DNA of 32,000 nucleotides, from NCBI RefSeq assembly GCF_000175255.2, contig NC_017262.1, forward strand, positions 210,001 to 242,000. The letters run 5' to 3'. Position 1 is the stretch's first letter; every line of letters starts with the position of its first letter. Below the pieces are notes generated by a model. That model worked only from the letters and a program-made list of their open reading frames with translations. It had not been told where the DNA came from and ran no database searches. This document shows positions 9,366 to 18,256 of this stretch, piece after piece. The DNA comes from Zymomonas mobilis subsp. mobilis ATCC 10988 (GTDB lineage: Bacteria > Pseudomonadota > Alphaproteobacteria > Sphingomonadales > Sphingomonadaceae). Made by a program: the position numbers and the translations under genes.

Positions 9366-9465
9366 AGAAAAAATCTTTCTTCATAGAATGAAAAATTGAT
9401 AATTATCTTTTGCCTGTGTCTTGTCACACTGGCAAGTAACGAAAGGTATCGTTAAATATAAAGGT

Positions 9466-10437
9466 ATGAGTAAAATTCCCGCACCTAATGAAAAAACCAG
9501 CCGATCCGATTCTGGTTCCTCGATTTTGCGTAAACCGGACTGGCTTCGTGTCCGTTCTCCCGGTGGCGCTGCTTTTAATGAAACCCACGGCTTGATACGG
9601 AAACTGGGTCTGGCCACGGTGTGCGAAGAAGCAGCCTGTCCCAATATTGGAGAATGCTGGACAAAAAAACAGGCAACCGTCATGATTTTGGGGGAAGTCT
9701 GTACCCGTGCCTGTGCTTTTTGCAATGTAAAGACAGGCCATCCCGACAAGGTCAATCCTTTGGAACCGGGGCATGTTGCTGATGTCGCTGCCGAAATGAA
9801 TTTGGAGCATATTGTTATCACATCGGTTGATCGTGACGACCTCGAAGATGGCGGCGCTTCACAATTTGTCAAAGTTATTGAAGCTGTCAGAGCAAGAACC
9901 CCGAAAACGACGATTGAGATTCTGACCCCAGATTTCCGTGGTAAGCCGGATCATGCATTGGATATGATCGTCAAAGCCCGCCCCGATGTATTCAATCACA
10001 ATCTTGAAACGGTGCCCCGTCTTTACCCGACGATTCGTCCGGGAGCGCGTTATTTCACTTCCTTGCGCTTGCTTGAAAAAGTGCGGGAACGGGACCCCTC
10101 TATTTTTACCAAATCCGGTTTAATGCTGGGTTTAGGCGAAGATCGTTTGGAAGTGCATCAGGTCATGGACGACATGCGGCAAGCGGATGTCGACTTCTTA
10201 ACCTTAGGGCAATATTTGCAACCTACGCCGCGCCATGTTCGGGTAGAAGAGTTTGTTACACCTGACAGCTTCAAGGCCTATGCGGCGACAGCTAGAGCCA
10301 AGGGTTTTTCAATGGTGGCATCCTCTCCTTTAACGCGTTCCAGCTATTATGCCGGTGCTGATTTTGCGCGTTTAAAAGAAGCCCGCCAAAAGAAGTTGGA
10401 AAAAATAGCCGCCAAAAATAGCGGGAAGGGTGCCTAA
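9466..10437 (+). CDS. lipA: lipoyl synthase (radical SAM)
   Basis: It carries the auxiliary-cluster motif [13 protein letters not shown] and the radical-SAM motif CTRACAFC. The ORF track begins at a TTG (9421). I prefer the ATG at 9466 ([10 protein letters not shown]...), but the start is not certain. Confidence 0.9.
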   Translation: MSKIPAPNEKTSRSDSGSSILRKPDWLRVRSPGGAAFNETHGLIRKLGLATVCEEAACPNIGECWTKKQATVMILGEVCTRACAFCNVKTGHPDKVNPLEPGHVADVAAEMNLEHIVITSVDRDDLEDGGASQFVKVIEAVRARTPKTTIEILTPDFRGKPDHALDMIVKARPDVFNHNLETVPRLYPTIRPGARYFTSLRLLEKVRERDPSIFTKSGLMLGLGEDRLEVHQVMDDMRQADVDFLTLGQYLQPTPRHVRVEEFVTPDSFKAYAATARAKGFSMVASSPLTRSSYYAGADFARLKEARQKKLEKIAAKNSGKGA

Positions 10438-10880
10438 TGCCGCATTATACAGAATCAAAAATATTGCCCTATACGCCACAGCAACTTTTTGATCTGGTCG
10501 CGGATATCAGCCGTTATCCTGAATTTTTGCCATGGGTAATCGCCGTTCGGATTCGGTCTCGTGAAGAAAACAGGATGACGGCTGATTTGATTGTGGGCTT
10601 CAAGGCTTTTCGGGAAAGCTTTACGTCAAAAGTAACCTTGGATTCACCCCATTCGGTATCGGTTGAATATATCGACGGGCCATTATCCCATCTTCATAAT
10701 GAATGGCATTTCACAGAAGAAGAAGAGGGAAAAACCCGATTAGATTTTATGGTCGATTTTTCTTTCCGGTCGAGAATTTTCGAGGCACTTGCCGGACAAT
10801 TCTTTGATCGAGCCGTGCAAAAAATGACTCAAGCCTTTGAAGAAAGGGCGAATAATCTTTACGGTTTATCCGATGCCTAG
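10437..10880 (+). CDS. ratA: SRPBCC/START-fold protein, RatA (YfjG)/COQ10-like
   Basis: 147 aa. From memory it aligns along its length with E. coli RatA (LPYTPQQLFDLVADISRYPEFLP, and a C-terminal MTQAFEERANNLY). Its start overlaps the lipA stop (TAATG), suggesting translational coupling. Confidence 0.7.
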   Translation: MPHYTESKILPYTPQQLFDLVADISRYPEFLPWVIAVRIRSREENRMTADLIVGFKAFRESFTSKVTLDSPHSVSVEYIDGPLSHLHNEWHFTEEEEGKTRLDFMVDFSFRSRIFEALAGQFFDRAVQKMTQAFEERANNLYGLSDA

Positions 10881-11054
10881 CGGTTTTTTAGATAAATGGC
10901 GCCTTTAGAAAAAGGCAGATTACATCCTATAAAAAATAGGGAAAATCTATTCTGTCCTTGATAAGAAGGTTATCTTTTTTAGGCTCAGGACCTGTTAATT
11001 TCTTGAGTTGAGCGGGCTGTTGTGATTCACAGGTTTACCGATGGAGGTGAAGCT

Positions 11055-11818
11055 GTGAGTGACGTGTTTTTGCTGTCTGAGCACCAGATGGAACGGATTA
11101 AGCCGTTTTTTCCACTGGCGCATGGTGTGCCGCGTGTCGATGACCGTCGTGTCCTGAGCGGGATCGTTTACGTGATCCGCAACGGCCTTCAGTGGAAAGA
11201 CGCCCCGAAAGCGTATGGCCCGCACAAGACTTTATACAACCGGTTTATCCGGTGGAGCCGCCTGGGTGTCTTTGACCGGATCTTCGTCGCCCTGACGGAG
11301 CAGGCAGGCCGTTCGAAGCGTCTGATGATCGATGCAACACATCTGAAAGCACACCGGACAGCGGCCTCCCTGCTCAAAAAGGGGCTTTTCCCCGCCATAT
11401 CGGACGCACGAAAGGCGGACTGAACTCAAAGCTTCACGCTGTATGCGATAGTCAGGGCCGCCCTGTCCGGCTGCATCTGACCGCAGGTCAGGTCAGTGAC
11501 TTCAAAGGCGCGGATGTTCTGCTGGCAAATCTGCCGGAAGAAACACAAGAAATTCTCGGGGACCGGGGATACGACAGTAATAAAATCAGACAGTCTCTCG
11601 CAGACCGGAATATCACCGCCTGTATTCCGCCGAAGAAGAACCGGAAATCAAAGCCGCCTTACGACTGGCATCTGTATAAAAAGCGTCACCTCATCGAAAA
11701 TATGTTCGCAAAGCTCAAAGACTGGCGGCGTGTCGCAACACGATACGACCGGTGCGCTCACACATTCATGTCAGCAATCCATATCGCAGCAAGTTTCATC
11801 TTCTATCTCAAAGAATGA
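11055..11818 (+). CDS. IS5-family DDE transposase, produced by a -1 frameshift (orfA 11055..11423; the orfAB fusion shifts near 11381)
   Basis: A GTG start at 11055 is preceded by GGAGGTG. OrfA reads MSDVFLLSEHQMERIKPFFPLAHGVPRVDDRRVLSGIVYV... The -1 frame continues GAFPRHIGRTKGGLNSKLHAV...GDRGYDSNKIRQSL...IENMFAKLKDWRRVATRYD and stops at 11816-11818. DDE-type blocks are visible (DATHLKAH, GDRGYD, IENMF). The fusion would be about 254 aa. Confidence 0.8.
11375..11393 (+). other. putative -1 frameshift site in the IS transposase
   Basis: The sequence is C AAA AAG in frame 0 (11375-11381). A slip of the A-site Lys tRNA from AAG to AAA gives the fusion LLKK-GAFPRHIG. It is immediately followed by the small hairpin GGGG-CTTTT-CCCC (11381-11393). 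Transcriptional slippage on the A5 run is an alternative mechanism. Confidence 0.55.
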
Positions 11819-11912
11819 GTCCTGAGCCTAGGTCTGGTCTTTCTTCGCTTCTAAAAACGAAGAAAGACAACCTTACTTTCCAATTATTCGCCAGCCAAAT
11901 GGCCGTCAGTTT

Positions 11913-12599
11913 TTAACCTTGAGAGATCGACGCATCCGGCATTAACAGGCTGAGGGCGCATAAAGCTGCCTGTAAACGGATACCGGAACGCCCTAAATCT
12001 CCGAAAGATTTCTGTTCCGCAACGACTTCATTCGGATCAGCATCCCGTCTTGCCCGTGCAAAAACAACGGTGCCAACGGGTTTTCTTTCATCGCCGCCGG
12101 TCGGGCCCGCAATACCTGTAATCGCAACCGCAATATCAGCATCGCTTTTTTCAACGGCATTCCGTGCCATTGCCCAAGCAACCGCCAAAGAAACAGAGCC
12201 AAAGGTTTCGATGACGTCCTGACTAATATTCAGAAGGTCTATTTTTGCCTGATTGGCATAGGTCACAAATCCGGCATCAAAGACATCAGAAGCCCCCGGA
12301 ACCTCGGTCAAGGCCGCCATTACCAAACCACCGGTGCAGCTTTCTGCAACGGCAATACGCTGACCGGCTGCACGATTGGCATCGATCACCAAGCTGGCGC
12401 GGGTTACCAATTCATTCGGTAAATTATAATGGACATTTTCCTGCGGCTGGTTTTCTTCCATATTTTGGATAGTTTTTTGTAATTCTTCACTATCCTGGGC
12501 AGAAATATCCTGCTGTTCTGCCTTTTGCTGAAGCGCTTCTTTCTCGGTATCAGAAGGCTGCGAGGACAGGCCATCCGTCTGGTTATTGTCCATAGTCAT
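11913..12599 (-). CDS. pncC: CinA C-terminal-domain protein (PncC-type NMN amidohydrolase) with an acidic, Gln-rich N-terminal extension
   Basis: The CinA/PncC core is present: IAVAESCTGGLVMAALTEVPGASDVFDAGFVTYAN...ITGIAGPTGG. I chose the ATG at 12599 (MTMDNNQ...) because GGGAGA lies about 8 nt upstream and the upstream gene stops at 12604. An internal Met at 12461 would give a conventional-length protein but has no SD. Confidence 0.75.
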   Translation of the reverse strand: MTMDNNQTDGLSSQPSDTEKEALQQKAEQQDISAQDSEELQKTIQNMEENQPQENVHYNLPNELVTRASLVIDANRAAGQRIAVAESCTGGLVMAALTEVPGASDVFDAGFVTYANQAKIDLLNISQDVIETFGSVSLAVAWAMARNAVEKSDADIAVAITGIAGPTGGDERKPVGTVVFARARRDADPNEVVAEQKSFGDLGRSGIRLQAALCALSLLMPDASISQG

Positions 12600-12603
12600 C
12601 GGT

Positions 12604-13143
12604 TTAATCTCCCGAACAAATATCAAAAGGCAAAATACGTCCAACCTTGCCAATTTTCTTAATCAAGGCGAATGTGGAAACAGAAACATCCCCGATTTTA
12701 TTGGCGGGTTGTTCTGCTACAAATGGCAAAAAGCCATTTACGATTTCACAGGATTGCGGCTTCATCTTTTGGCTGACGATATCGGAAACCATGGTTTCAA
12801 TCGCAGCTCTTTTGCCCGCATCTCCCATATCGGCCACAGCCGACCCGCCCAGCCGTTCAAAAGCGGCTTTTGCCTTAGGCCAGTCGGTTTCACTTTCCTG
12901 ACGAAAGCGCTTGCTAAGGGTCGCTTCCTGCTTCAGCAAATAGGAATCGCTATCCAGCACTGAAGAACATTGCTGTTTTGCGCCTTGCAGCAAGCCCGGT
13001 AAAGCTGTTTCCATCAAAGCCTGCGCTTCGGCATGAGTCATACATTGACTCTGGCTCCCTGCGGCCTCGGTGGCAGCAGCCATAGCGCCCGTCCCAAACA
13101 TGCAGGCAACAAGCGCTATCGAGTGACGAATAACCGGATTCAT
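12604..13143 (-). CDS. hypothetical secreted/periplasmic protein
   Basis: The ORF has a signal-peptide-like N-terminus (MNPVIRHSIALVACMFGTGAMAAATEA). The mature part is about 150 aa and has four Cys. I recognise no motif. It is packed tightly between ispDF (stop at 13155) and pncC (start at 12599), so it is probably co-transcribed. I chose the start at 13143 instead of 13161 to avoid overlapping ispDF. Confidence 0.55.
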   Translation of the reverse strand: MNPVIRHSIALVACMFGTGAMAAATEAAGSQSQCMTHAEAQALMETALPGLLQGAKQQCSSVLDSDSYLLKQEATLSKRFRQESETDWPKAKAAFERLGGSAVADMGDAGKRAAIETMVSDIVSQKMKPQSCEIVNGFLPFVAEQPANKIGDVSVSTFALIKKIGKVGRILPFDICSGD

Positions 13144-13154
13144 GGAATAACTAA

Positions 13155-14315
13155 TTAGCACAAAATATCCGGCAAGCGAATACTGGTAACCGCTTGGGCA
13201 GCGATCCCTTCTTTGCGGCCTGTAAAACCAAGCTTTTCAGTTGTCGTTGCTTTGATGCTGACCCTTTGTTCAGGAAGCCCCAGAATCTGGGCAATATGCT
13301 TACGCATGGCTGGTCGATAAGGCCCCACTTTCGGCGCTTCACAGATAACCGTTACATCCGCATGGTCAATGATAGCTCCGGCTTTCTTGGCAAGCGCAAC
13401 AGCATATTCAAGGAATTGGGTCGAATTTGCACCCTTCCATTGTGGATCACTTGGCGGAAAATGGGTTCCGATATCGCCATCAGCAATCGCCCCCAGCAAA
13501 GCATCTGTCAAAGCATGGAGTGCGACATCGGCATCGGAGTGACCGGCAAGACCATGGTCATGCGGAATTTTGATGCCACCCAACATAATATGGTCACCAG
13601 CTTCGAAACAATGAACATCGAAACCTGAACCGCAAACAGAAATCATTTTTTCAGTCATTTGAGCCTCGGCTACAGAAAAATCAGCAGGATAGGTCAGTTT
13701 CTCGAGTAGTCTATCGCCTGTTACCAAGGCAATTTTTTTACCAAAAGCGCGGACAACCTGCGCATCATCTGTTGGTTCATCGCTGCCTGTCCATGCCTGA
13801 TGTGCAGCGATCACGGTCTCAAGATCAAAGGCTTGCGGGGTTTGAACGCGATGGAACAGATTGCGGTCAACGGCTTCGACTTCTTGATTAACAAGAGTAT
13901 CAACAACTGGCAAAACGGGTATCGCTGCCTTAGACGATTTCAAGGCGTCAAGTAGGCGATCAATCACTGTTTTGGGTAAAAAAGGGCGGGCGGCATCATG
14001 AATCAAAACCCGTTTGTAACCACGGTCATGTGCGGCCTTCAAACCATTAATCACAGAATCGCGCCGAAAAACACCACCGATCACTGGCTGCGGTAAATCT
14101 CGGTCTCCGACAGCCTCTTGATATAACGCCTGATGCCCGTCCGCGATAACGACTTGTACCGTATCAATTTCGGGATGGGCGAGCAGGTTATCAATCGCAT
14201 GTGCCAGAATAGCTTTACCAGCGATCTGCCGATATTGCTTTGGCAGGCCTTCACCTGCACGTTTACCCTGACCGGCCGCCACAATAAGCGCTATATTATC
14301 TGTTCTTTTCATCAT
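13155..14315 (-). CDS. ispDF: bifunctional IspD/IspF (MEP cytidylyltransferase / MEcPP synthase)
   Basis: A single 386-aa ORF. The N-terminal half has the IspD motif ([10 protein letters not shown]). The C-terminal half has IspF motifs ([19 protein letters not shown], zinc and substrate ligands). Confidence 0.9.
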   Translation of the reverse strand: MMKRTDNIALIVAAGQGKRAGEGLPKQYRQIAGKAILAHAIDNLLAHPEIDTVQVVIADGHQALYQEAVGDRDLPQPVIGGVFRRDSVINGLKAAHDRGYKRVLIHDAARPFLPKTVIDRLLDALKSSKAAIPVLPVVDTLVNQEVEAVDRNLFHRVQTPQAFDLETVIAAHQAWTGSDEPTDDAQVVRAFGKKIALVTGDRLLEKLTYPADFSVAEAQMTEKMISVCGSGFDVHCFEAGDHIMLGGIKIPHDHGLAGHSDADVALHALTDALLGAIADGDIGTHFPPSDPQWKGANSTQFLEYAVALAKKAGAIIDHADVTVICEAPKVGPYRPAMRKHIAQILGLPEQRVSIKATTTEKLGFTGRKEGIAAQAVTSIRLPDILC

Positions 14316-14466
14316 TACCCGCCGAGCCTTAAGCCTTTTCTGAATGCTTGCAATAGAGTTATCGCTTCCTTGAATTGCCGTTTTTATGCAATAGTTGGCC
14401 TTTTATAAAGCCTTTTCAGCCAAGGAAAGCTTGTCTGATTTTTGAAAGCAAGCTAACCATAACCGC

Positions 14467-15492
14467 ATGAACAGCCCTGAACATAATCCTACCCATAATC
14501 TGATTTCGCCTATTCAGATAGGCTCTGTCCGAATTGATAATCCGGTTATTCTAGCTCCGATGACAGGCGTTACGGATTTGCCTTTTCGTCGGATTGTCCG
14601 CCGTTATGGTTCGGGATTGAATGTGACGGAAATGATTGCCAGTCAGGCGATGATTCGGGAAACGCGCCAATCGTTACAAAAATCGACATGGGATCCCTCT
14701 GAAGAGCCCATTTCGGTTCAGTTGGTTGGCTGCACACCGGATGATATGGCCGAATCAGCCAAACTGAATCAGGATCGTGGTGCCGCTATTATTGACATCA
14801 ATATGGGCTGTCCTGTCAGAAAAGTTGTCAGCGGTGATGCTGGCTCTGCTTTAATGCGTGATTTGAAACTGGCGGCCTCGATTATCGAAGCAACTGTCAA
14901 AGCGGTTTCTCTTCCTGTCACCTTAAAAATGCGGATGGGCTGGGACCTAAACAGTCTGAATGCACCAGAACTTGCGCGTATTGCCCAAGATATCGGGGTT
15001 CAGATGGTAACGGTGCATGGCCGTACTCGTAACCAGCTTTATAAAGGTCATGCGGATTGGGCTTTTGTTCGCCAAGTCAAAGACGCTGTGTCGATACCTG
15101 TTATTGTGAATGGCGATATCAATAGCCTTGATGATGCTAAAACAGCCCTGCAACAATCCGGTGCTGATGGCATTATGGTTGGACGAGGCAGCTATGGTAA
15201 ACCGTGGCTTTTATCCCAGTTGATGCAGGGATTGACTGATGGTGAAATGGAAAAAGCACCGTCGATAGATGAACAATATCGCACCATTACCGAACATTAT
15301 GACCATATGTTAAGCTATTACGGTACGATCACGGGCGTCAATATCGCTCGCAAACATATCGGATGGTATACCAAAGGCCTGCCTGCTTCGGCAGAATTTC
15401 GGAATAAAATCAACCGTGAAGAAGACCCCGACAGGGTAAAAGAAATGCTGGCCGAATTTTACCGACCTTGGCTCAGCCAAATAGCCGCCTGA
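14467..15492 (+). CDS. dusB: tRNA-dihydrouridine synthase B (NifR3 family)
   Basis: 341-aa ORF with Dus motifs: [25 protein letters not shown] and VHGRTR. Confidence 0.9.
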   Translation: MNSPEHNPTHNLISPIQIGSVRIDNPVILAPMTGVTDLPFRRIVRRYGSGLNVTEMIASQAMIRETRQSLQKSTWDPSEEPISVQLVGCTPDDMAESAKLNQDRGAAIIDINMGCPVRKVVSGDAGSALMRDLKLAASIIEATVKAVSLPVTLKMRMGWDLNSLNAPELARIAQDIGVQMVTVHGRTRNQLYKGHADWAFVRQVKDAVSIPVIVNGDINSLDDAKTALQQSGADGIMVGRGSYGKPWLLSQLMQGLTDGEMEKAPSIDEQYRTITEHYDHMLSYYGTITGVNIARKHIGWYTKGLPASAEFRNKINREEDPDRVKEMLAEFYRPWLSQIAA

Positions 15493-15504
15493 CGGATTGA
15501 TTTT

Positions 15505-15819
15505 ATGGGAAATATTAAAAAAACGACAGAAATAACACTGCCGCTCCATCTGGGCGGCGGCAAGGTCGCTGTGCCGGAACATGGGCTGGCTGATGCGATG
15601 GAAGCCCATTTACTGTATTATTTTGCTGTTTTCGGGGAAAGCTTACCACCGGACGGTTTGTGGGAACATATCCTTGGCGAGGTAGAAAAACCTTTGCTTA
15701 AAGTTGCCTTACGGGCTGTCGGCGGCAATCGGATCAAAGCCGCAAAATTGCTTGGCATCAACCGAAATACCCTCCGTCAAAAATGTCTAAATCGCCATGT
15801 CGATCCCGACAATCTTTAG
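15505..15819 (+). CDS. small Fis-like DNA-binding protein (Fis-type HTH)
   Basis: 104 aa, starting 12 nt after the dusB stop. The C-terminal two thirds align from memory with E. coli Fis: YFA..., L.EVEkPLL, [20 protein letters not shown]. Its size and its position after dusB mirror the enterobacterial dusB-fis operon. Confidence 0.7.
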   Translation: MGNIKKTTEITLPLHLGGGKVAVPEHGLADAMEAHLLYYFAVFGESLPPDGLWEHILGEVEKPLLKVALRAVGGNRIKAAKLLGINRNTLRQKCLNRHVDPDNL

Positions 15820-15949
15820 AATGGGCGAAAGATATTCTTTGTTATAAAATCGATTTGTCTTTCTTGAAATTTTGATTTCAGCCAAAAAATATATCAAATT
15901 AAATCTGATTGTGTTTTGATTGCATCGTCTTTGTAGTATCGTTGCAACG

Positions 15950-18256
15950 ATGATGGAGGATAGCGCTATAGAAAGCACCGAAAAGACAGAGGTAGATCGG
16001 GAAAAAATCCGATTATGGCCTCTTTCCAAAAGAAAGCTTTATTATTTTCTCTATCGCCGCTTTCCTGCATGGGCGGAGACGCTTACCTTTGTCGCCTGTC
16101 TGGTTATTGCTTTTTTTAGCTATAGACTGACTGTTTATCACGGGACACCTGCAAAACCGCTTAGCCCCCTTGTGATCGCTCTGTTACTGGTTGCCAATCT
16201 GGTGCCAGCAATGATGTTGATGGTTTTGTTGGCGAGAAGGCTCGCTTTGAGGCGGGCAGCCAAATCTCCATTGGGTGGGCGAGGGCGGCTTCATGTCCGT
16301 TTGGTCGCTATTTTCTCTATTGTTGCGGCCGTTCCGACCCTGTTAGTGGTTATTTTTGCCTCACTATTATTTCAATACGGGGTTTCTTTCTGGTTTTCGG
16401 ATAGCGCACGTACGATTCTTGCCAATGCTGATCGCGTTGCTCAATCCTATGTAAAGGAAAATACCGATCGTATTATTGGCGATTTGAACGCAATGCCCAA
16501 TGATTTTAGGGCAGCGTTATCGCAAGCCCCCATTGAAGATCCACGTTGGAGCCGCTTTATCTTTATGCAGCTTATCAACCGTGGTTTGAATGAAGTCGCT
16601 CTTTTACAGATGCCGCCTTCGGATACGGGCGCGCCGATTATGTTGGCAGGGGCGCTTACCGATACGCGTCCATTGGAAAACCGCCTTCCGGCGAAGATGA
16701 TTTCTTTGCTACGGGATAAACAGGCACATACATCTATTTCTTCCGGCGACCGGATCGAAGCGGCAATTTTGCTCGATGCCCATTCCAGACTCTATATCTA
16801 TATTTCTCGCCAGCTTGACCCTGTTGTTCTGTTGCAGGCCTCTCGTGCTAAAACGGCTTTGGGGGATTATAACCGTCTGGTCGAAAGTTCGCGTGTTTTA
16901 CAAATTCGTTTTAACGGGGCATTATTGGTTGTCTCGTTGTTGATTGTCGCCATTGCGATTTATATTGCCTTTGTGGTCGCAGACCGTATCGTCCGGCCTA
17001 TCTCTCATATGGTGGAAGCTGTCCGTCGCATTGGCTCCGGTGATCTTGGCGCGCGCACTCATCTGAAACATAATCGTGATGAAATCGGGACACTGGGCTT
17101 TGCCTTTAACCGCATGGCGAACAAGCTTGAAGAACAGACTAATACCTTGATGTCTGTCAATTATTTGCTTGATAGCCGCCGTGCTTTTACGGAAGCCGTC
17201 TTGTCGGGCGTTTCTGCTGGCGTTCTGTCAGTTAACAGCCAACACACCATTCAGCTTGTCAATCTTTCAGCACAAAAGCTGTTAAAGGCCGATGAAAAAA
17301 TCCTAATTGGTGAGAAACTCGATAATATCGCCCCTGAATTAGATAGCCTACTGGCACAGCAGGCAGGGGACAGTATTGTCCATATTCTGGTCGATAATGA
17401 ACCCCGCACTTTCGCAGTCAGGGTTGTCAGAGCCGCTGATAATCATGTTCTGACTTTTGATGATATTACCCAGCAATTGGCGGATCAGCGTTCAGCGGCT
17501 TGGGCAGATGTTGCTCGTCGAATTGCCCATGAAATCAAGAACCCGCTTACACCGATTCAGCTCGCTGCCGAAAGATTGCAACGCCGTTACGGGCGTCAGA
17601 TTACTTCGGATGAAGAAACTTTTAGCCGTCTGACCAGTACTATTGTCAGACAAGTCGGGGATTTACGGCGGATGGTGGATGAATTTTCATCCTTTGCCCG
17701 AATGCCCAAGCCTGTATTCAGGAAAGAGGCCATAAGCGATATTGGCCGTCACGCGCTATTCTTGCACGAGGTTGCTCACCCGCAAATAGGCTTTGTGTTT
17801 GAAGCACAGGAAGACTTGCCGCTCATGGTTTGTGATCAACGGCAATTAGGACGGGCTTTGACTAATCTGGTCAAAAATGCTGTTGAGGCTATCGAAGAAA
17901 ATGATCGCGGCGGCTCTGGCCATGTCTGGATGACTTTAAAACGGGAAGATAGCCATTTGATTATAGAGGTTGCCGATGATGGTATCGGTCTGCCAAAAGA
18001 GCGGGAAAGACTGACCGAACCTTATATGACAACCCGTGTTCGTGGCACCGGACTGGGCTTGGCTATTGTTAAAAAGATTGTTGAGGAACATGCCGGAACA
18101 TTGACTTTTTCAGACCGCGAAGGTGGCGGAACAATCGTGCGTCTTTCTTTTGATCTGGTGGCTCTTGCGCCGGTAACAATCGAAAGTGTAGCAGAAAAGG
18201 GGATAGGTAATCAGGAACCCGCTATTCCCGGACTTACCCGATCAAGGAGCGAATAA
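15950..18256 (+). CDS. ntrY: sensor histidine kinase NtrY
   Basis: It has N-terminal transmembrane helices, a HAMP region, a PAS-like segment, an H-box (IAHEIKNPLTPI), an N box (LVKNAVEA), G1 (DDGIGLP) and G2 (GTGLGLAIV). The start is uncertain: TTG at 15920 in the ORF track, or ATG ATG at 15950/15953. No clear SD precedes any of them. Confidence 0.85.
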   Translation: MMEDSAIESTEKTEVDREKIRLWPLSKRKLYYFLYRRFPAWAETLTFVACLVIAFFSYRLTVYHGTPAKPLSPLVIALLLVANLVPAMMLMVLLARRLALRRAAKSPLGGRGRLHVRLVAIFSIVAAVPTLLVVIFASLLFQYGVSFWFSDSARTILANADRVAQSYVKENTDRIIGDLNAMPNDFRAALSQAPIEDPRWSRFIFMQLINRGLNEVALLQMPPSDTGAPIMLAGALTDTRPLENRLPAKMISLLRDKQAHTSISSGDRIEAAILLDAHSRLYIYISRQLDPVVLLQASRAKTALGDYNRLVESSRVLQIRFNGALLVVSLLIVAIAIYIAFVVADRIVRPISHMVEAVRRIGSGDLGARTHLKHNRDEIGTLGFAFNRMANKLEEQTNTLMSVNYLLDSRRAFTEAVLSGVSAGVLSVNSQHTIQLVNLSAQKLLKADEKILIGEKLDNIAPELDSLLAQQAGDSIVHILVDNEPRTFAVRVVRAADNHVLTFDDITQQLADQRSAAWADVARRIAHEIKNPLTPIQLAAERLQRRYGRQITSDEETFSRLTSTIVRQVGDLRRMVDEFSSFARMPKPVFRKEAISDIGRHALFLHEVAHPQIGFVFEAQEDLPLMVCDQRQLGRALTNLVKNAVEAIEENDRGGSGHVWMTLKREDSHLIIEVADDGIGLPKERERLTEPYMTTRVRGTGLGLAIVKKIVEEHAGTLTFSDREGGGTIVRLSFDLVALAPVTIESVAEKGIGNQEPAIPGLTRSRSE

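Larger units (their letters stand above)
10982..11828 (+). mobile_element. IS5-family insertion sequence (IS427/IS1031-like), 847 bp, apparently intact
   Basis: The terminal inverted repeats are GGCTCAGGAC (10982-10991) and GTCCTGAGCC (11819-11828). They are perfect over 10 bp, with weaker similarity extending inward. A TA dinucleotide flanks both ends (10980-10981 and 11829-11830). The element encodes a two-frame DDE transposase and is visibly more GC-rich than the flanking spacer. Confidence 0.85.

Noticed and set aside
9381-9872. 163-aa and 128-aa minus-strand ORFs antisense to lipA
   Set aside because: They are shadow frames opposite a gene with unambiguous radical-SAM motifs.
11496-11825. 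109-aa ORF from the track, inside the IS element
   Set aside because: It is in the same frame as orfA and translates to a low-complexity S/T/K-rich sequence. The real transposase C-terminal half (GDRGYDSNKIRQSL...IENMFAKLKDWRRVATRYD) is in the -1 frame and ends at 11818.
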